Positions 20,219 to 30,470 of a DNA stretch of 64,000 nucleotides are shown piece by piece (position 1 is the stretch's first letter; the number at the start of each line of letters is the position of its first letter). A program made the translations under genes and the position numbers. Source of the stretch: Gemmatimonadota bacterium (GTDB lineage Bacteria; Gemmatimonadota; Gemmatimonadetes; Palauibacterales; KS3-K002); assembly GCA_039586795.1 (NCBI GenBank), contig JBDHJS010000005.1, positions 67,096 through 131,095 on the forward strand, given 5' to 3'. The notes under the pieces are model-generated. The model saw nothing but the letters and a program-made list of their open reading frames with translations, was not told the origin of the DNA and searched no databases.

Positions 20219-21333
20219 TGCGCCTGCTGGCTGTCAACTCGACCCGCATCTGGGGCGGCGCCGAGGTCTTCTTCCAGATATTGTGCACGGCGATGGCCGA
20301 CCGAGGCCACGAAGTGACGCTCGTCTGTCACCCCGACAGCGAGTTACGTCGCCGCATCATCGGAGACGATCGCATCCGTATCGCGCCGCTAGCGATTCGC
20401 GCCGAGCTCAACTATTTCCGCTCGCTACAGCTCGCCACGATCCTGCACGATGTTCGGCCGGACGTGCTACTGGCTCACCGACCAAAGGACGTCAAGATCA
20501 GTTCCGTGGCGCGCTGGCTGGCCAAAGGCATGCCGATCGTGCACCTCAAGTTGTACGGTGAGCCGCTGAAGAGCCGGTTCGACTTTCGGTTCTTCTGGAA
20601 GCGTGAGGTGGACGCGATGGTGGCGGCGTCGCACGAGACGTTCCATCGATTGCGCGAGGATGCGCCCTGGCTGGGCGATATGCCCGTGGAAGTGATTCAC
20701 AACGCAGTCGATACGAACAGGTTTAGGCCGTTGCCAGAGCTACGCGAACGCGCGCGAGCCCAGCTCGGCAACTCCCACGATGTCCTCGTTGTCAGCTACC
20801 ATGGTCGACTGGCTCCGCCCAAGCGGGTCGACCTGGCGGTACGGGCGATCGCCGCCGCAGCGCGGCAAGCGCGAGTCCGCGGGCTGATCATCGGCGACGG
20901 ACCGGAAGGTCGCGCGCTCCGCGAGCTTGCTATCGAGCTGGAGGCGCCTGTCACGTTCGTTGGCTTTCGCGATGACGTGCCCGACCTGCTCGCCGGCTGT
21001 GACGTGGAGATCACGATGTCGGAGATCGAAGGAAGCACACCGATGTCGGTTCTTGAGGCGATGGCGTGCGGGCTACCCGTCATTGCCAGCGACGCAACAT
21101 CTCACCCGGAAGCGGTGGAGGAGGGTTGTGGGGCGCTGGTCGAACCGGGCACTCCCGAGGGTGCGGCGAAAGCGATTCTGGCCCTGGCGGACGATCCGGC
21201 GAAGCGCAGAGCGAAGGGTGAGGCGGCGCGAGCCCGCGCCGTGGAGCAGTTCGGCATCGATAAGATGATCGACCGTTACGAGGCGTTCATTCGGCAGGTG
21301 ATCGGGCGAGGGCAGGCGCAGTCGCGCTCCTGA
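20218..21333 (+). CDS. GT4-family glycosyltransferase
   Basis: WGGAE, IHNAVD, GRLAPPKR, GFRDDV, VLEAMACGLPVIAS. Confidence 0.9.
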   Translation: MRLLAVNSTRIWGGAEVFFQILCTAMADRGHEVTLVCHPDSELRRRIIGDDRIRIAPLAIRAELNYFRSLQLATILHDVRPDVLLAHRPKDVKISSVARWLAKGMPIVHLKLYGEPLKSRFDFRFFWKREVDAMVAASHETFHRLREDAPWLGDMPVEVIHNAVDTNRFRPLPELRERARAQLGNSHDVLVVSYHGRLAPPKRVDLAVRAIAAAARQARVRGLIIGDGPEGRALRELAIELEAPVTFVGFRDDVPDLLAGCDVEITMSEIEGSTPMSVLEAMACGLPVIASDATSHPEAVEEGCGALVEPGTPEGAAKAILALADDPAKRRAKGEAARARAVEQFGIDKMIDRYEAFIRQVIGRGQAQSRS

Positions 21334-22398
21334 TCATACCTTTGCTTTCACGTAGTGCGAGATCGCGCGGTCCAACTTCTCGCAGACCATCTCCACGGTT
21401 ACCCGCCCCATTCCATCCGGACGATAGTTCATGTTGATCGGGTAGTCTTCGTCGGGATGCTTCGCGTACCCGTCGACGACTAGATCCTCATAGAGCCGGT
21501 ACGGTCCCGACCGCTTCGGGTTGGTGTAGCCGTAAAGCCCGACGACGGGCGTTTCGAGGGCCCGGGAGATGTGCAGGGGGCCGGTGTCCGGGCTGACCAA
21601 CAAGTCGCTGCCGTCGATCAGGTAGATCAGCCGGCGCAGGTTGTCGCCCAGCATGCTGATCGGTTTCACCCGTGCCTGCTCCATCACCTCACGCGCCGCC
21701 GCTCGTTCGCCGGCTGACGGGCCGCCGATGATCACGGATTGGAATCCGAAGTCGCCTTCGATGATCTCGAGCAATCTGGCGTAACGTTCCGCCGGCCAGT
21801 CCTTCCGCGGCTTGCTGGTTCCCAAAACGACGGAGCAGACCGGCCGATCGATCTTCTCGAAGAACTGTCGCTGTGCTTCCCGCTCTTCTTCGGTGATGGC
21901 GATCCCCCACTCCGGCGTGGCGTGTGGTACACCAAGATGATCGAGGAACTCGAAGTATTGGTCCTGCACATGCTGGTTCTCGTGCGGCGGGATGCGATGT
22001 GTGGTGAAGAGCCAATTCAGATCGCGGGCGCGCCGGCGATCAAACCCGAGCTTGACCTTCGAGCGGGTGAACCATGTGAGAAGACCCGCCTTGAAGTATA
22101 CCTGCAGATCGATCACCAGGTCGTAACGGTGCTTTCTCAACTCGCGCCGCGTCTCCGTCAGGCTCGAGGCGATGCCCAGGCCGCGTTTGCGCCCGAAGAT
22201 GATGAAATCGTCGATTGTCGGGTGATTGTGAACAAGACGGTGCGGCACGCGCTGAATCACCCACGTGAGCCTGGCGCCGGGCACCGCACGACGGAGCGCG
22301 TTGGCCACGGGAAGCACATGAACGGCGTCGCCGATGGCGCTCAACATGACGATCGCCACCCGCGGGTTGTCCTTCTTGAGAGTCTCAGCGGGCATCAA
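21334..22398 (-). CDS. GT9-family LPS heptosyltransferase
   Basis: LSAIGDAVHVLP, YDLVIDLQ, KDWPAERY, SPDTGPLHIS. Confidence 0.92.
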   Translation of the reverse strand: MMPAETLKKDNPRVAIVMLSAIGDAVHVLPVANALRRAVPGARLTWVIQRVPHRLVHNHPTIDDFIIFGRKRGLGIASSLTETRRELRKHRYDLVIDLQVYFKAGLLTWFTRSKVKLGFDRRRARDLNWLFTTHRIPPHENQHVQDQYFEFLDHLGVPHATPEWGIAITEEEREAQRQFFEKIDRPVCSVVLGTSKPRKDWPAERYARLLEIIEGDFGFQSVIIGGPSAGERAAAREVMEQARVKPISMLGDNLRRLIYLIDGSDLLVSPDTGPLHISRALETPVVGLYGYTNPKRSGPYRLYEDLVVDGYAKHPDEDYPINMNYRPDGMGRVTVEMVCEKLDRAISHYVKAKV

Positions 22399-22414
22399 CG
22401 GGACTTACGCATCC

Positions 22415-22798
22415 TCACTCTGGCGGCAGGCCGAGCCACTCCCGAGCCGTCTCCATATCACGAAAGACCTGCACGTGTTCTACATTCTGCTCGGTGAACA
22501 TCTGGTACATGCGCGCCGTACCGAAGACGGCATCTTCCGATGCGACTATCGCCAGTCTGTGCTCGCCGAGCCTGCTGGCATGTTCTTTGTCCATGACCGC
22601 GAAGTGCCGGACGCCTTCCGGCGTCACGTCGAGGCTCTCGATCCCGCGGACATCGGACAGCTGCTTCAGGTCGGGGCGAAAATCAGGATCCTTAACGAGC
22701 TGCTCCTTGTGTCGGATCATCTCCTCATCCGTGAGAACACCGGTGATCGTCGTGAACACGGCACCCAACTCCAAATCGATCCTGTAGGTTATCGGCAT
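22415..22798 (-). CDS. Hypothetical protein, STAS/SEC14-like fold possible
   Basis: MPITYRID, RLAIVA, FGTARMY, VFRDMETAREWL pattern; start 22798 or 22810. Confidence 0.65.
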   Translation of the reverse strand: MPITYRIDLELGAVFTTITGVLTDEEMIRHKEQLVKDPDFRPDLKQLSDVRGIESLDVTPEGVRHFAVMDKEHASRLGEHRLAIVASEDAVFGTARMYQMFTEQNVEHVQVFRDMETAREWLGLPPE

Positions 22799-22921
22799 GG
22801 CCCTGACCATCCTCCTTCAAATTCGCACTGGCCAAGCCGGGCGGCCGACCGACACACCGCCATGCTTGGGGCTATCGCTCGGCGACTATAACACTAAGTC
22901 ACTCTGTATCGCAAAATTCCC

Positions 22922-22949
22922 TTGCCCTTCCGCGCCAGCGGTGTAGCAT
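22922..22949 (+). promoter_or_regulatory. Candidate sigma70 promoter predicting a leaderless mRNA
   Basis: TTGCCC (22922) -16 nt- TAGCAT (22944-22949); ATG 6 nt later; no clear SD. Confidence 0.4.
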
Positions 22950-22955
22950 AAGGGC

Positions 22956-23510
22956 ATGCAAAAGGTCAAAGGCTCAGTTCTCAGATCACGGTTGGAGTTC
23001 GTCGAGGAGAAGTTCGGCGCGGACGCTCTGCAGAACGTGATGCAGAGTCTCAGCGCCGAGGATCAGCAGGCGCTGAACAACATGCTCCCGTCGAGCTGGC
23101 TACCGTTTGAGGTCGGCAGGAACCTTGACGACGAGATCGTGAAGGTCGTGGGTGGCGGCAAGATCGAGTTCTTCGAGCAGTTGGGCGTGGCGTCAGCGGA
23201 GAAGAACCTGACGACCGTCCACAGCGCGTTCCTCACACCGGACGACCCACACGGGTTCCTGAAGAAGGCGCCGCAGATCTACCGCCTATACTACCAGACT
23301 GGGCGGCGCGAGTACGAGAAGGTGGGCGAGAAGGAAGCCGTTCTCACGACCCACGAGGCGGAGACGTTCTCGAACCCCGACTGTTCGACGGTGATCGGCT
23401 GGTACAAGCGGGCGCTGGAGTATTGCGGCGCGGTGAACCCGCAGGTCGTCGAGGAAGAGTGCCGCGCCAGGGGCAGCGAGGTCTGTCGTTACCGGGTAAC
23501 CTGGGAGTAG
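22956..23510 (+). CDS. Stand-alone H-NOX/V4R-like ligand-binding protein (DUF2378/TIGR02265-like)
   Basis: VKGSVL...SSWLP N-terminus; C-terminal EEECRARGSEVCRYRVTW V4R-type Cys motif. Confidence 0.65.
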   Translation: MQKVKGSVLRSRLEFVEEKFGADALQNVMQSLSAEDQQALNNMLPSSWLPFEVGRNLDDEIVKVVGGGKIEFFEQLGVASAEKNLTTVHSAFLTPDDPHGFLKKAPQIYRLYYQTGRREYEKVGEKEAVLTTHEAETFSNPDCSTVIGWYKRALEYCGAVNPQVVEEECRARGSEVCRYRVTWE

Positions 23511-23517
23511 GCCTAGC

Positions 23518-24192
23518 TCAGTCGCGACGCTTCTGGTAGAGGGCGTTCACGGTCACGCGACGCCCTTTCTCGGATTGTGCGAACACGGTCTCGCTGGCCA
23601 CCATCGGGACTAGCCCATGCCCACGCATCTCGGCATCCAGGTCGTCGGCCTCCACCAGGAACATCGGACCGGCCGCGTGTCCCTCGTACACGTGGCGCTC
23701 ACCTTCGACGCAACGAAGTTCCTCAGCCAAGGACTCACAGCGCGGGCTGAAGTTCGCCACGAGTAGCTTTCCGTCGTGGACCAACACCCGTGCCGTCTCT
23801 TTCAGAGCCCTATCCCATTCTTCCGAGCTGGCAGCGCTGTGGTAGACACCCAGGGCAACGGTGAGCTGGAAGAACTCGGCGGGATAGTCGCCGAGGTCGT
23901 CCATCTTCCCAAGCCGAACGCGCCGTTCCGCCTCCTGAATACCCAGTAACTCGGCGAGACGCTCCCGCGTCTTCTGTACCATGGCCGCCGACGCATCCAG
24001 CGCATGGACGTCGAAACCACGCTCGGCCAGAACGACAGTGTTTCGACCACCGGCGCAACCAAGGTCAAGTACACGCGTCTTTCCCGGCTCGGCGAATTCA
24101 TCCAATAGATCGACAAGCCGCCGGTCCGCCTCGCGTTCGGCGAACGTCTCCACCTGGTCCGGGCGTTCCCAGAACAGCTGCGGATCACTCAT
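23518..24192 (-). CDS. Class I SAM-dependent methyltransferase
   Basis: RVLDLGCAGGRN, HALDAS, RVLVHDGKL. Confidence 0.88.
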   Translation of the reverse strand: MSDPQLFWERPDQVETFAEREADRRLVDLLDEFAEPGKTRVLDLGCAGGRNTVVLAERGFDVHALDASAAMVQKTRERLAELLGIQEAERRVRLGKMDDLGDYPAEFFQLTVALGVYHSAASSEEWDRALKETARVLVHDGKLLVANFSPRCESLAEELRCVEGERHVYEGHAAGPMFLVEADDLDAEMRGHGLVPMVASETVFAQSEKGRRVTVNALYQKRRD

Positions 24193-24925
24193 CGTCGTCG
24201 CCGCGTTCTCGGGTCAGCCGGGCCACATATCCCCCGTGGCCGTCCCGAAAGACGATCTCGCAGACCCAACCGGCCGCACGGGCGTGCTCGCAGAGGGTTT
24301 CCGAATCGGCATACAGCTCCCGAAAAGGCGGTCCCCGCTCGCCCTTGTACTCCAGCTCGATCCAGGCTTCGCCGGGATAAGTGTCCGGGTCTACAGTGAT
24401 CGCCACGGCCGCCTCCGTCGCGTCACCCACCAGGCGACCCGGTCCGGAGTCAAGCAAGACCTGTCCGTCGGTCCCGAGCAAGCCCGGCGCATCAGCCAGA
24501 AATCGATCGAGACCCTCCAGCGTTCCGAGTATGCCGATCCCGTTCATCATCATGAGAACGGTATCGAACTTCTCGCCGTCGATCTCGCCGACACCGGCGA
24601 GTCGCGCATCCTGAACTCCTCGTTCCCGCATGATCTCGATCGCTTCGGGAAGCACATCGATGGCGCAGACGTCGTGTCCGCGATTCTGCAGATACAGGGC
24701 GTGCACGCCGGTGCCGGCGCCGACGTCGAGGACACGCCCCCGGCAGAGCGCTAGCGCCGCCCGCTCGAACGGATAGAACTCCTCCGGCCTTCGGAAGAAG
24801 ACGCTGACCGGGAGCTCGTCGTGTTCGCCGAGGCTCGTGTGAATGATAAGGCAGGCTTCGCGGTCGCCAGCGAAGTAGTCCCGGATGGCGCGTGCGTGGG
24901 GCGCTCGCGGGTCGTCAGACTTCAT
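24185..24925 (-). CDS. Class I SAM-dependent methyltransferase
   Basis: GRVLDVGAGTGVHALYLQ, FDTVLMMMNGIG. Confidence 0.88.
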   Translation of the reverse strand: MKSDDPRAPHARAIRDYFAGDREACLIIHTSLGEHDELPVSVFFRRPEEFYPFERAALALCRGRVLDVGAGTGVHALYLQNRGHDVCAIDVLPEAIEIMRERGVQDARLAGVGEIDGEKFDTVLMMMNGIGILGTLEGLDRFLADAPGLLGTDGQVLLDSGPGRLVGDATEAAVAITVDPDTYPGEAWIELEYKGERGPPFRELYADSETLCEHARAAGWVCEIVFRDGHGGYVARLTRERGDDDE

Positions 24926-24931
24926 CGCCGG

Positions 24932-25888
24932 CTATTCGCCGCTCAACCTCCAGGCGACGGCTCTATATAGAAGAGGGATCATCACCTCGTGGTGGCCGGC
25001 GATGTGGATTCCGCGACCGCCGCTCTGCACCGGACGGCCGATGACGTTCACCTCGGGTCGGTAGTGGCGGATCATGTCCAGATTGACCGCAGTGAAGTCG
25101 TTGACCTCGTTCTTGAGGTTGCGTGCGAGGGTCAGCGCTTTGAGAAAGACCTCGGGCAAGATGACGGCCGAGCCGACGTTCATGATCGTACCGCCATCGT
25201 TCAAACCCTTGAGGGACTCGACGAGTATTCTGAAGTCGGTGTACGACGTTTCACCCAGGGCGGCGCCTCGACATGATGGGTGCTGGTGAATGATCTCGGC
25301 GCCCACCGCCACGTGGACCGTCACCGGTACGTCCGCCTCGTAAGCGGCAACCAACAAGCTGAGATCGGCGTGGGCGGCGCCGTGATCGCGAAGCGAACGT
25401 GCCAACGCCTCGCCCATCCCCAGACCGTCGTCCTGGCCGCGCTGGAACGCGTCGTTCATCTCCTGGCCCGTCTCATCGACCATACCGAACGTTGCATTAG
25501 CGAGGTTCTCCGCCACGTCTTCCGACGTCTGGCCGAAACGAGCGATCTCGTAGTCGTGGATGGCGGTCGCACCATTCATCGCCAGGTGAGTGATGACCCG
25601 GCGCTGCAGCAGATCGATCAAAAGCGGCGAGCAGCCGGTCTTCACGACGTGTCCGCCCAGCATGACGACCACCGCCCGGCCATTGCGGTGCGACGTGGCC
25701 ACAGCATCGGCGACGGCTCGCAGGTCTTGCGCGGCCAGCACGTCGGGGAGATTGCTGAGTGGATCCTGCGTGAACCCGTCCCAGTCGGGAACAGCGGCGA
25801 ACTGTTCGATCGAGACCTTGTTCTTGCGGCGTGCGAACGGGATGGTTCGCGCTTTCGTCAGATCAGCGCAGTTGTACTTGGATGCCAT
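24932..25888 (-). CDS. Conserved protein with deoxyhypusine-synthase-like fold (GSU2086-like)
   Basis: MLGGHVVKTG, AMNGATAIHDYE, TSEDV, NVGSAVILPEVFLKALT, GHHEVMIP. Confidence 0.7.
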   Translation of the reverse strand: MASKYNCADLTKARTIPFARRKNKVSIEQFAAVPDWDGFTQDPLSNLPDVLAAQDLRAVADAVATSHRNGRAVVVMLGGHVVKTGCSPLLIDLLQRRVITHLAMNGATAIHDYEIARFGQTSEDVAENLANATFGMVDETGQEMNDAFQRGQDDGLGMGEALARSLRDHGAAHADLSLLVAAYEADVPVTVHVAVGAEIIHQHPSCRGAALGETSYTDFRILVESLKGLNDGGTIMNVGSAVILPEVFLKALTLARNLKNEVNDFTAVNLDMIRHYRPEVNVIGRPVQSGGRGIHIAGHHEVMIPLLYRAVAWRLSGE

Positions 25889-25903
25889 GCCCTCTAGCGC
25901 TGG

Positions 25904-26251
25904 TTATCGGTTTCGGAGATAGGCGACGATGCCGACGCCGACGATCCCGACCAAAACGAGTATGGCCGGGATGGCTGATAAACCTCCCGCCTCGGGCTGG
26001 CTCCGTGCGATGTAGAATGAGAAGATCCCAATCGCGAGCAGCAGCGCGATCCCGGACGCCACGGCGACGGCGGTGCCCGCCCCGCCGCTGGCCTTCTGAC
26101 TCCCGGCGATCCTCAACGCCTGCCTGATCTCGCCGGGCTTCATCGGGTACTGGCTCTGGAAGTCGTCGATAACATCCGCCAGCTTCTTACTCAGCTCGCG
26201 GACTCGTGGCGAGTCGCTCTGGGGCGGCGGTACTCCCGGAACGTACGTCAT
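25904..26251 (-). CDS. Hypothetical protein with two C-terminal TM helices
   Basis: ATG after GAGG RBS; two hydrophobic segments. Confidence 0.7.
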   Translation of the reverse strand: MTYVPGVPPPQSDSPRVRELSKKLADVIDDFQSQYPMKPGEIRQALRIAGSQKASGGAGTAVAVASGIALLLAIGIFSFYIARSQPEAGGLSAIPAILVLVGIVGVGIVAYLRNR

Positions 26252-26399
26252 GTCTGGCTACCTCGGTTGTCCGTCTGTCGTTTGCAGTGCCCGCTGCAAG
26301 TCCGAGCCTGAAAGATGGGACAAGGCCGGGGTGCTGCGCCAGCTTTGCGAATTCGACGCGTATATTGGGCTTTGGTCAGAACGCAAGCAGGAACCGCCG

Positions 26400-27341
26400 T
26401 CATGCTTTGATCGCGCTCCGAATCCGGGTGATTGCCCGAGGGCCAACTCGGCAGCAACCGCCGATACCACTAACGCCCAACCTGGTCCACTCCGCGGCCG
26501 CTATCTCCCAGTCAATGGGGCCCGGGGGCGCCGACCACGTCTTGCTTACCGCATCATATAGCTCCCCCGAATTGGGATAGACGATGAGCGGCTTCGTCGT
26601 AGCCTGCCGTGCCCCTGCGATCAGGTCGGATACTATCTCTGGCGCCACGCAATTGATGCCAAACGCAGCAACCCGCGGCTCGGCATCGCACGCGCGGGCG
26701 ACATCGAACAGCGGGCTGCCATCGCTGATATGAGTGCCGTTGCGACAACTGAAGCTCAGCCACGCCCAGCGCTCAGGCGTCTCGCGAAGAAGCTTGAGCA
26801 ACACCTCCGCTTCACGATGCGAGGGGATCGTTTCGCAGGCCAACAAATCTGCCTCACTCTCGGCGAGGACTTGCCATCGCGCGCGATGGAACTCGTACAG
26901 TTCGTCCTTACCGATATCGTAGTCGCCGGTGTACTCAGACCCGTCGGCCAGAAACGCGCCGTACGGCCCAACGCTTGCCGCGACTAGCGGTCGCAGACGG
27001 CCTTCTCGATTGGCCGGTTCGCTCCAGAACGCGTTGCGCGCATCGACAGCCAGATCGACGGAGCGACGGATGACCTCGAGTGCTTCGATCTCACTCAGAC
27101 CACGCTTCATCAAACCCGGCAGACTCGCTTGGTATGTCGCTGTAGCGATGCAGTCGGAGCCGGCGGCTAGGAAGTCCAGGTTCACCTGCTTGATGTCCGC
27201 CGGCGCTTCCAAGAGGACCTTTGCCGACCACAACTCGTCGTTCAGGTCGTGACCTCGCGACTCGAGGGTCGTGGCGAGGCCTCCATCGAGTACCAGGACG
27301 CCCTGGCGTTCGAAGAATGGGGCGAGCGGATTATCGGTCAT
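26400..27341 (-). CDS. mmuM: Homocysteine S-methyltransferase
   Basis: VLDGGLAT, ATYQAS, ASVGPYGAFLADGSEYTG, ACETIP, GINC, YPNSGE, IGGCCR. Confidence 0.93.
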   Translation of the reverse strand: MTDNPLAPFFERQGVLVLDGGLATTLESRGHDLNDELWSAKVLLEAPADIKQVNLDFLAAGSDCIATATYQASLPGLMKRGLSEIEALEVIRRSVDLAVDARNAFWSEPANREGRLRPLVAASVGPYGAFLADGSEYTGDYDIGKDELYEFHRARWQVLAESEADLLACETIPSHREAEVLLKLLRETPERWAWLSFSCRNGTHISDGSPLFDVARACDAEPRVAAFGINCVAPEIVSDLIAGARQATTKPLIVYPNSGELYDAVSKTWSAPPGPIDWEIAAAEWTRLGVSGIGGCCRVGPRAITRIRSAIKA

Positions 27342-27450
27342 GCTTCGCGTCGTCCGGAGCGTAGTCAAAAGGTGAACGAGCAAGATGCACTAAGGCCGGG
27401 GTCCCGCGCCAGCGCCTGCGGCTCCCCGGCCTTATCGAACTATCACTGAT

Positions 27451-28926
27451 TTACTGTACGCGCTGAATCAGCTGCTGCAAGCTGTTTGACAGCGGATTCG
27501 CCGCTCCGCTCTGGTTGGCGAGCACAGCGACCGTGTAATCGGCATCGACATAGATCGCCAGGTCGCCGTTGATACCGGGGAAGCCGCCACTGTGTCCTAC
27601 GACCAAGCCCTTGGGCCCCTGTTCGATACCAAAGCCATAGCCGTAGCCGGCGTCGGACTTGCTCGTCCACATCACATCGAGCAGCTCCGCGCCGACCAGT
27701 TCGCCCTTCACCAGCGCACGCGCGTAGCGGTACAGGTCGCCAACCGTAGAGTAGCCACCGCCGGCGGGCCCGCCTTTGGCGACGTGCAGCAGGTTGTTGT
27801 TGCGCCAGCCGTACTCGCTCTCCGGATCGGGGAGATAGCCGATGGCCAGGTTGGGGACCGGCTCGTCGATCTCGAAACTGCCAGAGTCATTCATGCCGGC
27901 GGGCTCGTAGATGTTCGCGCGGATATAGTCGAAGTAGCCCTCACCGGTGGCGCCTTCGATCACCACTCCGGCGAGCAGCATCCCCAGGTTGCTGTAGCGG
28001 AAGCGCTCGCCGGGCTCGAACTCCAGCTCCTGACCTTGCGCCAACTCCTTGAACGAATCGATCTCCCGCCACTTGAGCCGCGAGCTGTCCCAGAACTCGT
28101 CCGTGAAGTAGTCGCCGATCCCGGACGTATGACTCAGCAGATGATGGATCGTCACCTTGTCGGTGATCTCTCGGGGCAGCCACGACTCGTCGACGTATTT
28201 GCTGATCGGATCGTCGTAGGAGACGACGCCCTTCTCCACCAACTGCGCGATGGCCGTCGAGGTGAACATCTTGTTCATCGACCCGAGGTTGAACTTGGTG
28301 TCGATGTTGTTCGGCACGTGAAAGCGCTTGCTCGCCTCGCCGCAGGCCTGAGCCAGCAACACTTCATCGCCCCTAGCGACGAGGGCCGTGCCCGAAAAAG
28401 CTCCGTTCCCACACACCCGCCGAATGATCCCGACGCCCATGTCGATCGCTTCCGCCTGCGTGAGCGCCGACTCCTCGACGTTGGACGGCGTACGCGCGTT
28501 ATTGATCCCGATTCCCGTGACCCGCCGTTCCGGCGTGTCGTCGAACTCGAGGGTGAAGGCGCGCCAGGCGCCGAAGTTTCGGTCCTTGAGGATGACCACC
28601 GTCTCGCCCGACCGCTCGGGTACGTAGGTTCGCACGCTGTGGAAGTCGACGCCGCCCCACATGCGGAACGTGTTGCCGAAAGCGCCCAAGTGAGCCTCCA
28701 TCGGCATCTCGGCGAAGCGGCCGGTGCACTCCTCCTCGATGAAGCGACGGACCTCATCGGGGTCGCCGGAGTTGAAGGTTTCGATAAGCGAGCGGATTCG
28801 CTCGCCTTCGACCCCGCCGGGCATCACCGACTCGTCGTGGTAGCTGATCTCGCCGGGCTGCTGGGCGGGTGCGGTAGCAACGATGAACAGCCCTGCGATG
28901 ACCGCAGGGATGACCTGGAATCGCAT
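27451..28926 (-). CDS. Secreted serine hydrolase, beta-lactamase/PBP fold
   Basis: Signal peptide; FNLGSMNK (SxxK), LLSHTSG, YSN, GHSGG; ATG 28926 after GGAGGA. Confidence 0.92.
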   Translation of the reverse strand: MRFQVIPAVIAGLFIVATAPAQQPGEISYHDESVMPGGVEGERIRSLIETFNSGDPDEVRRFIEEECTGRFAEMPMEAHLGAFGNTFRMWGGVDFHSVRTYVPERSGETVVILKDRNFGAWRAFTLEFDDTPERRVTGIGINNARTPSNVEESALTQAEAIDMGVGIIRRVCGNGAFSGTALVARGDEVLLAQACGEASKRFHVPNNIDTKFNLGSMNKMFTSTAIAQLVEKGVVSYDDPISKYVDESWLPREITDKVTIHHLLSHTSGIGDYFTDEFWDSSRLKWREIDSFKELAQGQELEFEPGERFRYSNLGMLLAGVVIEGATGEGYFDYIRANIYEPAGMNDSGSFEIDEPVPNLAIGYLPDPESEYGWRNNNLLHVAKGGPAGGGYSTVGDLYRYARALVKGELVGAELLDVMWTSKSDAGYGYGFGIEQGPKGLVVGHSGGFPGINGDLAIYVDADYTVAVLANQSGAANPLSNSLQQLIQRVQ

Positions 28927-29107
28927 GGGTACTCCTCCTGGCTGGACCTCGCTGTCCATGGGTCTCGGACGTGAACTAACCCTTGGACGCGCCGGGACGC
29001 CACAGGGTTGGGCTGACTTTCCGCGGCTGTCCGAAGCGCGTCAGGAACAGTACTATTCGGCGGTTTCGATGGAAAACTCAATCCCACGCCAACCGGGAGT
29101 AACGCCC

Positions 29108-29551
29108 ATGAATCCCCGGACAGTCACGCTCATGCTCGCGTTCGCCATTGTGGCCTGCCAGGCGCCGCCGCCCGACCGGGAGACGCTGCACAGCCAGCTG
29201 CCGGAACGCCCTTACAGCGCAGCGGTTCGCGTCGGCGACACCTACTATCTGGCCGGCAAGATCGGCGTCACCGACGAGACCCGTGAGATGGCCGAGGGCC
29301 GCACGGTTGCGGAGGTTCGGAACATCATGGAGGCATACGCCGTTTTGCTCGGAGAGCTGGGCCTCGAATTCGGAGACATTGTGCAGGCCAATGTTTATCT
29401 GGCCGACATCAACGACTACGGCGTAATGAATCAGGCCTACGGCGAGTACTTCACGGCAGACCCTCCGGCGCGGACGACGGTGGCGGTTGCCGCGCTGCCG
29501 GGCGATGCGAGGGTGGAGATCGCGTTCACCGCGGTGAAGGCGACGCGCTGA
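29108..29551 (+). CDS. RidA-family protein with lipoprotein signal
   Basis: AIVAC lipobox; PYSAAV, VYLADINDY, PPARTTVAVAALP, VEIA. Confidence 0.88.
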   Translation: MNPRTVTLMLAFAIVACQAPPPDRETLHSQLPERPYSAAVRVGDTYYLAGKIGVTDETREMAEGRTVAEVRNIMEAYAVLLGELGLEFGDIVQANVYLADINDYGVMNQAYGEYFTADPPARTTVAVAALPGDARVEIAFTAVKATR

Positions 29552-29559
29552 CGACGCGA

Positions 29560-30429
29560 ATGAACAGGCTGAACTCCCGCAGCTTTCAGCTCGCCGCGGT
29601 GGCGGCTATGGCGATCACACCAACATCGGGGTCGGCGCAGGAGCCGGAGGTGCCGCCGATCCCGATGGACGTGCCGGTGTTGCTGGTCGGCGACCCGCGC
29701 ATCAACGGCCTGAGCCTGGAACCCTATGAAGGCGTGTGGGCCGTCGGGACCGTCGGCAAGGATCGGCAACTCAGGTTGGGCGAACGGATCGAGGCGACAA
29801 ACCTCTCGCAGCAGAAGCTGGAGCGGGTCGAGCTGGACGGTCGCGAGGTGTGGCGCCGCACGATCATCCAGAAGGTCGCCGAATCGGGCGCGGAGCTGAT
29901 CACCGCCTTCATGTACATGGAGCTGGTGAGCCTGCGGCCGATACGAGCGATGGCGAGTCAACCGAGCGGCACCCGGATCGGCTACGAGTACGACTGGGAT
30001 GATCACGTTATCCGGCCGTTCGGCGCCGCCGATGACACACCGCCGATCATGTCGATGGACCTGGAGATGCTGGAGGCGGCGGCCCACGAGTCGTGGATGG
30101 CGGCCTTGCCTTATCGGGACGGCTTCAGCGCGAAGATCCCGGTGATGATGGCCAGCGCGGAAGCGAAGTACTGGGCGGTGCCGCGGGTCGTCGGAACCGA
30201 GGAGGTAGACCTGGGCGACGGCATCGACCACGAGGCCTGGGTGGTGGAGCTCGACTGGTGGGGCATAGGTGGCGACACCAGCTACTTCCCCGGTGGCGGT
30301 CGCAATGACTCGGGCGGCACTGGTGGTAGATACTGGATCCTCAAAGACCCACCGCCCGGCGTCGGTCGCGTCTTCCGAGTTCGCACCGAGATCGATGAGA
30401 ACACGGATGTCGTCGTGCAGCTGCAGTAA
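29560..30429 (+). CDS. Hypothetical exported protein
   Basis: Signal peptide ending GSAQ; GC3-rich codons; in series with neighbours. Confidence 0.7.
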   Translation: MNRLNSRSFQLAAVAAMAITPTSGSAQEPEVPPIPMDVPVLLVGDPRINGLSLEPYEGVWAVGTVGKDRQLRLGERIEATNLSQQKLERVELDGREVWRRTIIQKVAESGAELITAFMYMELVSLRPIRAMASQPSGTRIGYEYDWDDHVIRPFGAADDTPPIMSMDLEMLEAAAHESWMAALPYRDGFSAKIPVMMASAEAKYWAVPRVVGTEEVDLGDGIDHEAWVVELDWWGIGGDTSYFPGGGRNDSGGTGGRYWILKDPPPGVGRVFRVRTEIDENTDVVVQLQ

Positions 30430-30470
30430 CAACCTGAGATTCAAGTCACCCCAACATGGAGAATATAGAT

